A stretch of 63,682 bases of DNA, filler included, from Octopus bimaculoides (lineage: Eukaryota): the NCBI RefSeq assembly GCF_001194135.2. It is 5 parts of 5 records of this genome, joined end to end, with 100 filler letters (N's around TTAATTAATTAA, not from the genome) between each part and the next. Parts side by side here need not be neighbours in the genome. Positions count along the whole stretch, not along the records: positions 62,625 to 63,682 come from NW_026388470.1; 4 more parts are not named here. One strand, written 5' to 3'. This document shows positions 63,558 through 63,682 of the stretch, in pieces. A program made the translations under genes and the position numbers. The notes under the pieces are model-generated. The model searched no databases. It saw nothing but the letters and a program-made list of their open reading frames with translations, and was not told the DNA's origin. Every line of letters starts with the position of its first letter. Position 1 is the first letter of the stretch.

Positions 63558-63587
63558 TTATCTATTTATCTATATTTATATACCTTC

Positions 63588-63645
<58 letters not shown>

Positions 63646-63682
63646 GTATATCTATCTTTCTATCTATCTATCTGTTTATCTA
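63371..63682. repeat. (TATC)n microsatellite
   Basis: Direct inspection. Confidence 0.98.

Overview
AT-rich, repeat-saturated animal DNA from a gapped draft assembly. The repeat families and microsatellite load look like a coleoid cephalopod, probably Octopus; this is inference, not a database result. Most of the window is decayed mobile DNA: many 5'-truncated RTE LINEs, CR1/L2-group LINEs, an R4/Dong-type fragment ending in (TAA)n, two Penelope-like element (PLE) fragments (GIY-YIG and RT), a mariner, a DD37D maT transposon, MITEs, Helitron/Helentron-like repeats, three tRNA-head SINE families and a probable LTR remnant. The only host coding sequence I can support is a pair of spliced + strand exons (17807-17979, 18560-18707) that join into a divergent CUB-like domain. 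The most notable signal is a set of at least five distinct hammerhead-ribozyme (HHR)-like motif families, mostly in short non-coding repeats next to (TA)n tracts. One is a ~410-bp fold-back (57788-58196) with two head-to-head HHR motifs on opposite strands, of which the + copy has a fully canonical core. HHRs in PLE pseudo-LTRs and retrozymes are established biology, so any novelty lies in the architectures and core variants. No activity can be shown from sequence alone. All folds were done by eye, element boundaries are approximate unless TSDs or TIRs are quoted, and four artificial scaffold joins break contiguity.
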